A stretch of DNA of 61,574 bases, counting the filler, from Hausera hauseri (lineage: Eukaryota): NCBI GenBank assembly GCA_046269625.1. It is 12 parts of 12 records of this genome, joined end to end, with 100 filler letters (N's around TTAATTAATTAA, not from the genome) between each part and the next. Parts side by side here need not be neighbours in the genome. Positions count along the whole stretch, not along the records: positions 50,713 to 55,767 come from JBJURY010349712.1; positions 55,868 to 61,574 come from JBJURY010202193.1; 10 more parts are not named here. One strand, 5' to 3'. The notes under the pieces are model-generated. The model was not told where the DNA came from. It searched no databases and worked only from the letters and a program-made list of their open reading frames with translations. Below, piece by piece: positions 50,713 to 61,574 of the stretch (its first letter is position 1; each line of letters begins with the position of its first letter). Position numbers and translations under genes: made by a program.

Positions 50713-52770
50713 TATTTGCATTATTCTTCTTTTTGGAATCTTTCTATCCCATTCAATTGGTAAGCATGGCCTTTTATAATCGGGTTGACATATAAACACT
50801 CTTTCTTCTAAGAATAATCTGTCGATTTTGGTTAACTCCTTCTGTTCGGGTGAATTATCTGTTAGGGATAACATGACTATTTTTGGTTTTGATGGTATCT
50901 TTATTTTGAAAGTCTGATCTTCATAGAGGGGTGAATTTTTACCTTCTGACATATGAATCTGTACCGAGTAAATAGTTCCCTGTGTAACTTTACAACAATT
51001 TTCCCCATATGAAGACGTAGATGTGCATAACATTTTTTTTTCTCTGTACAAGGTTAATGTTCCCCAATTTTTGTTCATTGTTTTGTTACTATTTGTCCCG
51101 ATTTGTGGATTGAGGGATCTCAGAAATAGGCAATTTTTTGTATGATTGTATTGAATATACAAATCTCCTGGAGTAACTCCTTGCATATCCCATGGTTCTA
51201 TTTTTAAAATTTTCTTCAAATACCTCATAAAATCCGAAAATGTATTCAGCGATAATTGGGTAGATATACTTATTGCTTTCGTTGAGCTTGCAGTTGACTG
51301 CGTAAATGAATCTGGTATGCAGCAGACCAATATACTCATTAGTAATAGCATTCTAGGGGGTCTTGAATCGTGTTTAATCCGTGATAATTGAGTTTTTACA
51401 GGTCTTTTGGTTTGTCGCTGGCTTTTAACGTACAATAATATTACCAATGTTAGTATAAAAATGAGAATCACAATAGGTGCAATAATTATTAGTAGCAAAT
51501 ATCTATCGTCTTGTTTTGTTGTATTACTAAATATCTGGTTTTTCACTACTGTCTTATTTTCTTCCAGTGCTACTTGTCGTTCCATATGGGTATCGAATCG
51601 TTTACCGGGGGTGGTTATGTGGCATAATGCTATTGTCTTTTGTCGGTATATTATTTGTACAATATAGAGACATTGAGGTTTGAGATTGTCACAACCGATA
51701 GATGTAACTTTAAATGATGCGCATTTAACCGTATCATCATCAAATAATATCATATATTCACTATCGGGGAAGTTAAACATGGCTTTTCCATCATTCACTT
51801 GATAAGGTGTGTTCAGAGGAATAAATCGAATCATTTGAACATGTTTAGGGAGTCGTAGACCGTCATAGGATGCATGTAATGGTGAATCGAGTGTATTAAA
51901 GTACGCTGTGCTGATCCAAAACATGTTTGGACATGGAGATGGCAATTGTAAGGTTAATAGTACCTGCCTATCATTACCTGGTACACAAATTCCAGAGGGT
52001 TCCACGCTGGAATATTCTATACTATAATCTTCATTATTTGTTAGCTTCGCTGTGCATGTTATAGTGTAGGTGACGTTTTCTATTCTAGGTAGAATTCTCA
52101 TAATTCCTTCGAGGTTAATTATATCGGCGTTTATTGGTCGATCGAATTCGAGCGTTAGACGACATTTTTTACTATCTTCAATGGGATTAGCCGTTTTGAC
52201 CTTTACCCTGGTTAGATCAGTACTCATCATTTCTATGGGTATTTTAACAAGAATGGTTCGTCGCATTGTAATATTGTAACCAAACCCATTTGATCCCATG
52301 GTGATTTGTGATAATTGAAAGGTTAAGGAGTAAGTATGTCCATGAATAACTGAGCAACATTTGTTGTCCTTTAATTCCGAATGAGCAACGCAAACAGGTC
52401 TATTTGCTTTGAACAGTGTTATTACTTCTCTTTCTTGTCCAGTTAATCTATGTACATAGGTGATCATCAAGCATTTTTTCTTTGAATTATAATGGATTGA
52501 AAAAACCTTGAACATGAATTGTCGATTGTCGTTCAAGTCTAAACTCGTATTTTCTGGTAGTTTCGAATAGTCTCGATACGCGACATGCAAATTCCGTCCC
52601 TGGTCAAGAGTCGAGATCGAAGTTTGATTCAATTGGGGTGTTGAAGTTAGCTGTGCCAAAATATTAGTCATGCACAATGTCATTATACATGAGTATAAAG
52701 TCATTTTTCCAAATGGCGATCGTATACCGTGGCATTGCCGATTTATCGAATCATCTTCAACGAGATACAA
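50713..52770 (-). CDS. Intronless polyprotein of tandem type I membrane-protein units (signal peptide, Cys/beta-rich ectodomain, TM, signal peptide, ectodomain); runs off the contig
   Basis: About 686 open codons. SP1 from Met 52704; TM YLLLIIIAPIVILIFILTLVILLYV (about 51500-51427); SP2 MLLLMSILVCCIPDSFTQ from 51351; repeated I(H/Q)YN...C...TL...C...CC.V..G..YS. Confidence 0.8.
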
Positions 52771-52900
52771 TTGATCATGCCAGGGTTCTTGTGAGTTTTG
52801 TGGAAGATATGAAGAATATAGTCAATAGTATCAATGTAACAATTGTTAACAAAATTGCTGTAGTCATAAGTTTTATGTGCAGGTCGTTCAAGGTAGTCCA

Positions 52901-53631
52901 ATGAATAGCTTCTTTCAAACGTTAAATGATAAGGTGGCCAATCAACAAGTACGATATTAGTAAAATATAAAACATGGGATTAAGTACAAAGTAAGGCAGA
53001 TGTCGATAGGCTAAACGAAATAATTGGATCGTTGATGAGGGGCCAACGAGAAATGCAAGCGACTATTCAAACTCAAAATGCTGAAATAGAAAATTTAAAG
53101 AATTCTAATGAAGCGTTAGTGAGAAATCAAAAACATTCACCAACAAGGATAAAGGTAAAGTTTGCATCATGGCACTGAAAGTAAGTTATTTGTATTTAGG
53201 GTGCCAGTGCATCAGAAGTGAGCATTGATCCTCGTGACGTAATCATATTATAAAGAGGTAACAGTTCTTAGAATTCATGTAGTTTCTCAAAACTGAAATT
53301 CAAAAAATCAAAAAGGAAATTGACGATGGCGAAAAGAGGAGAAATCGATCGATTGAAACGTTGAATGATTCGATTGAAGTTGATATTACGTTATAATTTT
53401 CTTGAGAATTCTGAGATAATTTCAGTCAAACGAGGAACGATTAAATGAATTTTATGCTTGTATAATGGCCTGTCATTTCATGAAAGTAAGGATAATATTG
53501 GATGGTAAAAATAAGGAAAATTGCAGAATGAATATGAAGGGAGATTGGACAATTTATCGACAATTGTCAACAGTGGCAAAAAAGATGTAAATGAATGTAA
53601 AAAGAAAATTGAGGAGTTCAAGAATGATTTG
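52901..53631 (+). CDS. Fragment of a host coiled-coil gene with putative 25-50 nt introns
   Basis: E/K/Q-rich heptad segments separated by short GT..AG stretches such as 53258-53282; exon structure tentative. Confidence 0.45.
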
Positions 53632-54341
53632 GTTAGTTACTGTTTCGAAATGTTTCGGTCTTTTCACAAACTATTTTCGGATAACAAATTGAAGCAAAAT
53701 GAAAAAAATTTAGTCTTTAAAATGCAATATGGGTATGTCTGATTTATGAACAGAACAATCTCACTTACCTACAGTTTCAGTATGAACTATAATCTAAAAA
53801 TAGTAAAAAAGGCATCAAGCAATGAAATGTAACTATTAATACCATTTACCAAGAGTTTATTTCATAATCCAACAAACAAAAAATGTAGATACATGCAGTC
53901 ACGCGTATCGATACATACAGCCAGGGGTCGAAAAATCATAATTTTACACCATTGGTTATTTTTCATGGGAAAACCTTTGATTTTTACAAAGTTGCAATTT
54001 TCCGGAAGTTGGAATGATGAAGCTTCCTGAAAGATGGCTGAAGGTTCATACACGTTCGAATGGTTGACCTAAAGTATTGCTGAGTACTTATTTACAGTTT
54101 TGATTAATAATTGGTCTCTTCTATACACGGTATAAATATTTTGCATTTCCTTTTTCGACATACTTTGGATTTTTATTTAAAATTTCTGCGTTTCTTTTGG
54201 TCAGCCCTGTATGTTTATGAAAAAATGTTTAAGTTTTTTATTCGGCTTTAAAAACGCTTCGAATGTTTGTTGAAATCTCCTATATTTAAGACTGGTCAAT
54301 AGAGAAAAACATTATTAGCTAAAAGGTGTCGGATAATAATA

Positions 54342-55767
54342 CAGTCAAACCTCGTAAATGTCGCACCTCTGTAAGAGGTCCACCTCTACAAAAGCTCCTT
54401 TTTTAAAATCACGGATATATTATCGATAAAATAAACTCTCTAATATTGCACCTCGTAACAATCGCCACTACGCAAAATGTACCTGTGTAAATCTCACAAA
54501 ACACGTAAATAACCCTTCTAATGTCGCCATCCTGTCTTACTACGTGAGGACAGAACCAAAGAATTTGTATGCACGCAGTAACTCTCATCATGTATACCAT
54601 GGACCATTCACTGTGACTACTGTAGCATGGATGCACACACACGTTCACACCTATATTATACAGTCACACCCTTATAACACGTTCACACTACACACACAGG
54701 TAGGTTGCCCTTACATTTGTCTCATTCAGTACGCTAGACCACGGCTGTTTTATTTCATACCGCTTACGCACACGACAAACGTTTGCACTTTCACTCATTA
54801 ACCTTATCTAACCTTGAGACATGTCTAATAGTAAACAAAATAAGGAGTTAGCTCTTGCGATTTAAGACTCACTACTTAAAGAAATATCGACCGGTGTAAG
54901 AAAGCGCCTTATTGCAGAAAAGTATGAACTCAGCAGGAAGCAGATCTAACATTATTCGTAAGAAGCACGATATTATGGAGGCAGAAAGCAACAACTCCAA
55001 CAACAATCGCAAACGTTTGCATGGCAGCAACGTAGTGTCAACAATAGATGATGTGATGTGGCGATGGTTTCAGTTGGCGCAACAAGCGAAAATTCCTATC
55101 TCTGGGCCAATTCTCCAAGAAAAAACATTCCATTACGCAGCTGAACTGCAACTAACTGACTTGAAAGCTTCAAACGGATGGTTGCAACGTTTCAAAGTCT
55201 GTAATAACATTTACTGTGTCACGATGAGTGGAGAAGCAGCTGCCGTGGATAATGATAGCACACAAGATTGGATTTTACGCATTCCAAGCCTGGTACAAGG
55301 ATATTCTCCTCGAGACATCTGTAACAGATAAAATTGGTCTTATGTATCGAGCCCTTCCTGTCAAGGCACTCAAAGTTCGAGGCGAAGGTTGCAAAGGCGG
55401 GATGCGCAGCAAAGAGAGAATAACAGTTGTGCTTTGCTGTAGCCAACTGGTGGAATTCGAAAAGTCACTAGTAATTGGGAAGTCGCATTCACCCAGTTGC
55501 TTCAATAGCGTTGTAATGGTATCTGTAACATGGAGATTGAACAAAAAGGCTTGGATGACATCTTTACTGTTCCGCGAATGGTTATCATCATTCAACGGTA
55601 AGATGCACCGCTCAGGCCGCTATGTTCTATTCATTCTTGACAACGTTCCTTCTCATTCTCGCGATTGCCGCTTCAGCAACGTCAAGCTTCTCTTTCTGCC
55701 CGCAAATATGACAAGTCTGCTGCAGCCGCTAGACTAGGGAATAATACAACCCTTCACAATGATTCGT
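54342..55767 (+). mobile_element. Tigger/pogo-family DNA transposon (left TIR and frameshifted CENP-B-HTH/DDE transposase), truncated
   Basis: TA + CAGTCAAACCTCG terminus; WFQ...IPISGPILQEK, ASNGWLQRFK, SKERITV, NKKAWMT, ILDNVPSH, FLPANMTSLLQPLD. Confidence 0.95.
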
Positions 55768-55867
55768 NNNNNNNNNNNNNNNNNNNNNNNNNNNNNNNNN
55801 NNNNNNNNNNNTTAATTAATTAANNNNNNNNNNNNNNNNNNNNNNNNNNNNNNNNNNNNNNNNNNNN

Positions 55868-56716
55868 AAATTAAAGCCCCACCAAAAAACTTACCGATAG
55901 AGATGTAATCGAGATTCTTAAAAAATTAAAAAAGCATTTCATAGAGGATTTAAAGGAAATTCTTCATCGGGATATTTGTCAAAAAGTCATTGAAACAACC
56001 GCATATGGTTCTTTTAACAATTGGTGGGATTTTAAGGAAAATGAATATAAAAGTACGACCGTTGAAAAACAAGAAATCCCCTAAGTAGGAAGCAATTTAA
56101 AATCCACATACGTCCAGGATTCCCTATCCAAAGACGATTCGTCAAATTTATTTCCATCACATATCCCTAACTATATAAGCCTGCCGAAAATTAAAAGATT
56201 AGCGAAGCCGAGCTCACCGAAAGACGAACGCGGTCATTATTTCTATCAAACGTCGTCGGATTCAGATCGTCGTAATTACAAATCATATCGAGATTTCCAC
56301 AAAAAACATTACTACTACCACGGATACAACCGCCATTTCAACAAGAAACGTAACCATTTTCGTAATGAAGGGTTCCACCATGGTGGAAGATACAATCGGT
56401 TCGATGAACACCACGATTATCGAGATTATCACCGGAATAGATCTCGTTTTGAACGGTACGACAAATTCGTTTCAGAAATCGATAATTCCGATTTGGGTAG
56501 GAATGAACGTCCGAAAACCCCAGTAAAAGAGGAAATATTGCCGGAATTCAGTTCGAATAAATCGAAAGGTGCGCCGATAAATGACATAAAACCGAAATAT
56601 TTTGATGCTGTTGATGATGTGGACGTTACGAACAGAGTTACCGAAAAAGTTTCTGCAAAGCCCGAACACAAAGACGTAAAGAAATTGAAATCACTAACTT
56701 TAAAGGAAAAGCAAGT
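55868..56716 (+). pseudogene. SETD1: Central fragment of a SET1/SETD1 H3K4 methyltransferase with an in-frame stop at 56082
   Basis: Frame missed by the ORF track: EDLKEILHRDICQKVIETTAYGSFNNWWDFKE...SLPKIKR, matching the conserved SETD1 segment E.K.I..RD..KK.VE..AF..F..WW. Confidence 0.72.
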
Positions 56717-56719
56717 ACT

Positions 56720-57870
56720 AAATCCATACTCAGCACTATACATTTATGATGAAATTATAATAAAATTTAATTCCAAATTAACACATGTTAAACACTTTCA
56801 TTCAGGGTACATGGTCACCGTTGTGTTACATCAATTTTATATTTTCACAAATATTACCCTACAAAATGATAAGCACAGATAAATTTTTCCTTATAATCCA
56901 TATCAAAACGGTAGATCTATATACCTATCCTACTTACTCGACTTATATCACTGAGTATATTTGCCGTTTTTCTCATGTATACACGATAAACAGATTTTGC
57001 TTAAAGTCAAAAGGCACAAAAGTTCATGTCCACGGTACTACCTTCAATCTAACAATTTGTAAACTTTATACTGAAGGTACCTTGATCATCCATTTGCAAT
57101 ACAAAAACCCAATACTTAAAAACAATGATGTCCATCTAAAGTTTATTAGACAACCAAAGCATACGACGTATATTGCTGAAACGAATTCTACAATAACGAA
57201 TTCTGTGTCTGTGACAAATGATGATGTGGATGTTTTCTGTCGTTTATATCCTGTTGCAATCAAATTAATTATTACCGATGCAATTCCCGTATATATTTAT
57301 TATTAACCCACCTAATCTTCGGACTCGTTTTACACAAATACTGATCCACCTAACATCTCATACACCATCATGTGGCATTCAGTGTTACTGCACGGAAATA
57401 ATTACCAACGAGAACATAATAAAGTACTTCAATATATCCATGATAGATGTAAAAAATGTGACGATTTCTTTTGTACCTCACATCCATATATTTTATTTAT
57501 ATGATCCGCACACCTATCTGTCAAAAACAGTACGAAAATATTTTGACAAATGTCTAGCAATATACGTCAGAAAACATGTTCAAGACATTAATGAATTATT
57601 CCTTGATGATTTTATTCAACTGATTGACGTCAATTTAGAATTCAGACAAAAATTTCTATATAATACTCATCTACAAAAGGTAACATTTCTCCAGGCAGAA
57701 CTACTAACTCCTATGAGAATATCAATTAATCAGTTCCTCGCTTCTTTAATTGATTCAGATTATAATTCAAAAAATTTGGCAGTAAATAAAGCTGCAATCG
57801 TTTCCGATTTGGTAAACAGTATCGTGCATCACAATTCAGAAAATATTATCTTTCCATCATTCATAAATGA
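56720..57870 (+). pseudogene. Unknown intronless AT-rich coding region (frameshifted ORFs 56785-57306 and 57278 onward)
   Basis: Overlapping long same-strand frames; no recognised motif. Confidence 0.35.
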
Positions 57871-57872
57871 TT

Positions 57873-60800
57873 TGGTTGAGGGACCTGGCGTGCCCGCCCC
57901 GTTGCGCCATGTCCCCTCTCTTTTCTCATCTTTACTAATACTAAACATGTCCACACATTAAGGGTTACACACAAACAAACAGCTCATATTTTTTATACTG
58001 AATTGTACTCTTATTTCGGCTCCTCTGATTTTTATCTTATGCACAACGGTCTAACTTTGCAACCTTACGACTCTCTTTCATCCTTTGCACCCACGAAATA
58101 CTCCATCACTCTCACTGTCCATTTTCGCATCCGTGGTGGATCAGACCTTGACCCTTCTGCCGAAAGTTTAACATAAACCAGGTCTGGTCGTCGTTTTGTC
58201 GACTTCACACCATCAACATCTCCAAATCTTCCCTGTACAGACTTTTTCCTAGATAAAACTAACTTGAGCTGAACTTGGTTACAGTTTCACTTTCAATGGC
58301 TCAAAGCCAATCATATTACTGATTCCTTTCTGCGGGCTAACAGTTTGCTGCTATTGCTTCCATCTAACATCAGGCAGCAAATTAATAATCTGGCTGACAT
58401 ACTCTCTTCTTCAAGCTCGTACGATATGCTGTACGAATCGGTTCTACATATCACCGACCCTTCTATCGACAGCATAATACAGAAGTACTTTTACGAACAC
58501 GCCATTGGAAATCAAAACCATAGGATTTCCTTAAAACTGCCATCTCACAACTGAGTTCTTTAGGCGTGACTCCCACAAACAATGCTGATTTTCTTCCTTG
58601 GTACTTCCTCTTATCTCTGCCAACCTCCATCCAAGCGCTGCTTACTGTAGTAGATGACTCTACTGCATTCAAAAAACTCGCCTTATTGGCAGACAAAAGC
58701 TTTGATATTCTGCAGTCTAACAACTCGAAGCCTGTAGTCGCAGCAACTGCTCACACACTGCCAGACAACACTTTATTTGCGCAACAAGTAAACATGATGC
58801 AGAAACAATTTGATACCCTACAACAAGCAGTTTCTGCAATCACAGCTCAACTCAGCGACTTATCCGTGCCCCGAGGAAGCAAAAATCGAATTTCCCGCGA
58901 TCGCAGTTTTTCCAGGCACTCTTCTCGTTCTAAATCTAGAGATGTGCTTTTATCACAACAAATTCTGCAGAGATGCAAGGAAATGTGTTTTAGGCTGTCG
59001 ATTCTACAATGCACGATATGCCGTAGACAATCCAATCTGCATCTATCACGCAAAGTACCAGTCTAAGGCTAGGTCATGCGTGCCAGGAAGTAAATATTAT
59101 AAAAAGAATTCTAGTTCTCCATCTTCTTCGCCTCCGCGCACTCACTATTCATCCTCTTCCTACCAACAAGTCTCAAAAAACCAATAATGCCACCAGATGC
59201 CACGGCACATTCTGGTACAGGCAGTATCGTTCAAACTACTGGCCGTTTCAACACCGCCTCTGCAGTCTTTCCGTTGAAAGCTGATCTGTTATTTGGGAAC
59301 ACATCACACGTAGATTTCCTTATTAATTCAGGAGCTACTTTTTCACTTTTTCCTTTGTCTTTCGCTCTTACATCTAACACAATTCTGTCTCCTCCACTCT
59401 TTACTGCCTGTGGACAACCTTTGAACATTGTAGGTGCCACAAAGCTGTCTTTCTCATTCTACAACCTACCAGGGAAATTTCCCTGGAATTTTCACATAGC
59501 CAACATCCGATCGCCCATAATAGGCTCCGATTTCGTGGCTGCATACGATTTGTTAGTCAACTGCAAGCAAAAATGCCGCCTGCGCAGAGACATCACTGCC
59601 AATTCTAACAAATACTTACCAAACGACCAGTCGGAAACTTTGTCTTCCTCAGATTGTTCAAATGTCAGTGTGACATCCTGTTCATCGGTTTAGAACAACG
59701 CGCTTAACATTTCATAAATATTTTCAATCTCATCAGGTGGAAACAAATCAATTTTGAAACATTCGGTTGAACCAAATGTTGTTAATAAAGCATCTAGGCT
59801 TTCTACATTGATTACAGCAACGGACTCTTAAAATGATATGCCATCATCATTCTTATCGTTAGATTCTGACTTTAAATTCTACATTAAGACTTCTTGTTCC
59901 CGCACTCTTAAGAAGGACATCAATTTCAAACCGCATTCATCACATAGTCACCGAACACCAAAGACCTATTAGACAAAAGGTCAGACCACTGTCACCTCGC
60001 AGACGAAAAGCCGTTGAATCAGAGTTCAACGAACTCGAAAAAGCGGGCATTATTCGACGATCCAAATCACCATGGGCTTCGCCTTTGCATGTTGTGACGA
60101 AGAAAGATGGCACATACAGACCATGCGGTGATTATCGGCAGTTAAATAATCTAACAGTCATGGATGCTTATCCTTTACCGCTCATAAATGACATCCTGCA
60201 CAGCCTTACCAACACTAATACGTACTCCACAATTGACTTGCATAAAACATCATCAAATTCCTGTTGCACTTGATGATATTCCAAAAACTGCTATTATTAC
60301 TCCATTTGGCCTCTACGAATATATCTTTATGCAATTTGGTTTACGTAGTGCTTCTCAAACTTTCCAACGGCACATTGATACCGTACTCTAAGGCCTTGAC
60401 TTTGCTCATCCATATATTGATGACATATTGGTTGCCTCTACGTCTGTCAAACAGCATCAAGAACACCTTCGTACTATCTTTCACAGATTACATCACAGCA
60501 ATTTGCAAGTCAACTTCGCCAAGTGTCATTTCTTTCAAAAACGTGTAAATTTCCTAGGTCACGTCATTACTCCTCACGGCCACTCTCCACAACCTAATAG
60601 ACTACAACAATTGAGGAACATAACTGTACCAACGACTACCACGGACATGAGAAGTTTCTTAGGCACACTCCACTTCATCCACAAATACGTACCTCATTGT
60701 TCTAAGCTCACAGCATATTTTGCACATTTATCATCCGGGAAAAGAGGCAGTTGATCCACTAGAATCCTGATTTAATTTCTAAGTTTGGCCACTTACGCAA

Positions 60801-61574
60801 TGGCCTAAAATCCGTCGAAATACTGGCCTCTACAAAGCCCAGTGCAGATCTTATACTTACCACCGATGCCCCGACCACAGCAACTGGTGCGATATTACAC
60901 CAAATATACAATGGCGTCGATGAACCATTAAAATTCTATTCCCAAAAGCTCACGTAACCCGAAAGCCGTTATTCAACATTTGAACGTGAGTTACTCGCCA
61001 TAGTTATGGCAGTAAAACATTTCAAACATCTACTTCTTTCTCGTTCATTTGTCATTCAAACTGATCACAAGCCTCTCCTGCACATCATGTCGTTAAAACA
61101 TCCATCACCGAGGCAAGAGAGACAAATATCATGTCTGTCTACGTTCAGCTGTGTTTTGGAATACATCTCCGGCACAGACAATTTGGTAGCAGATTTTCTA
61201 TTGAGGTCGGTTGGCTTCATCACTGTTGAGCCAATTTTCTCATCCGAAGTCTTAAAGGCCAATCAACCGTCTGCTGACTTCCTTAGTTCTTTTAAATCCT
61301 TTGCAATCATTAATGGCATTGTTTTTGATACTTCAAATTCCATTAATAAAAATATCATTCTAGCACGATCTTTACAAAAGCCTGCTTTCGTTCATACGAA
61401 TTCACTCCATCATCCAGGTTCGAAAGCAACCTTCCGCCTGCTTCAATGTCACGTAGTATGGCCATCAATGCGTAAAGATGTACAGGGCTGGGTTAAAGAA
61501 TGTGTAGCCTGTCAAAAATACAAAATCAACAAACACCTTAAACCGCCGCTGTACCATTTTCCCTGTACATCACG
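57873..61574 (+). mobile_element. Degenerate CsRn1-like Ty3/Gypsy with UBL-Gag (same family as 5919-10900); runs off the window
   Basis: Colinear nucleotide similarity to 5919-9540; UBL 57913-58140 ending VHFRIRGG; two CHCC-type knuckles; PR FLINSGA; RT YIDD; RH; start of IN. Confidence 0.95.

Noticed and set aside
53895-54212. Possible Tc1/mariner-type MITE (TACAG...CTGTA)
   Set aside because: The inverted match is limited to about 8 nt, too weak to call.
4155-55867. Regularly recurring TTAATTAATTAA motif as a biological repeat, or linkage of genes across it
   Set aside because: Always flanked by exactly 44 N on each side; it is a concatenation linker, so neighbouring contigs are not physically linked.

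Overview
This is not one locus. It is 12 short eukaryotic (animal-type) contigs of about 4-7 kb, joined by identical artificial 100-nt spacers (44 N + TTAATTAATTAA + 44 N), so adjacency across spacers carries no meaning. The content is mostly decayed mobile DNA: at least 9 Ty3/Gypsy LTR-retrotransposon segments, a Polinton/adintovirus-like element (protein-primed PolB), LINE fragments, a Tigger/pogo DNA transposon and simple repeats. Host-gene pieces are an SH3BGRL exon, a BRD7/9 bromodomain gene with 52-nt introns, a SETD1/SET1 fragment and a TIR-domain gene. Four observations stand out. (1) Three CsRn1-like Gypsy copies from two subfamilies have an N-terminal ubiquitin-like domain ending in RLRGG/RIRGG/KLKGG fused to Gag. 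(2) A second Gypsy family (two copies) carries a chuvirus-type class III fusion glycoprotein UPSTREAM of, and apparently in one reading frame with, PR-RT-RH-IN, plus a second signal-peptide-led ectodomain after IN. (3) An intronless polyprotein of tandem signal peptide/FN3-like/TM units resembles that post-IN ectodomain. (4) Two 57-nt tRNA-like folds with compensatory changes lie antisense in the 3' region of a Gypsy element. All family assignments come from motif recognition by eye; no database search was run.
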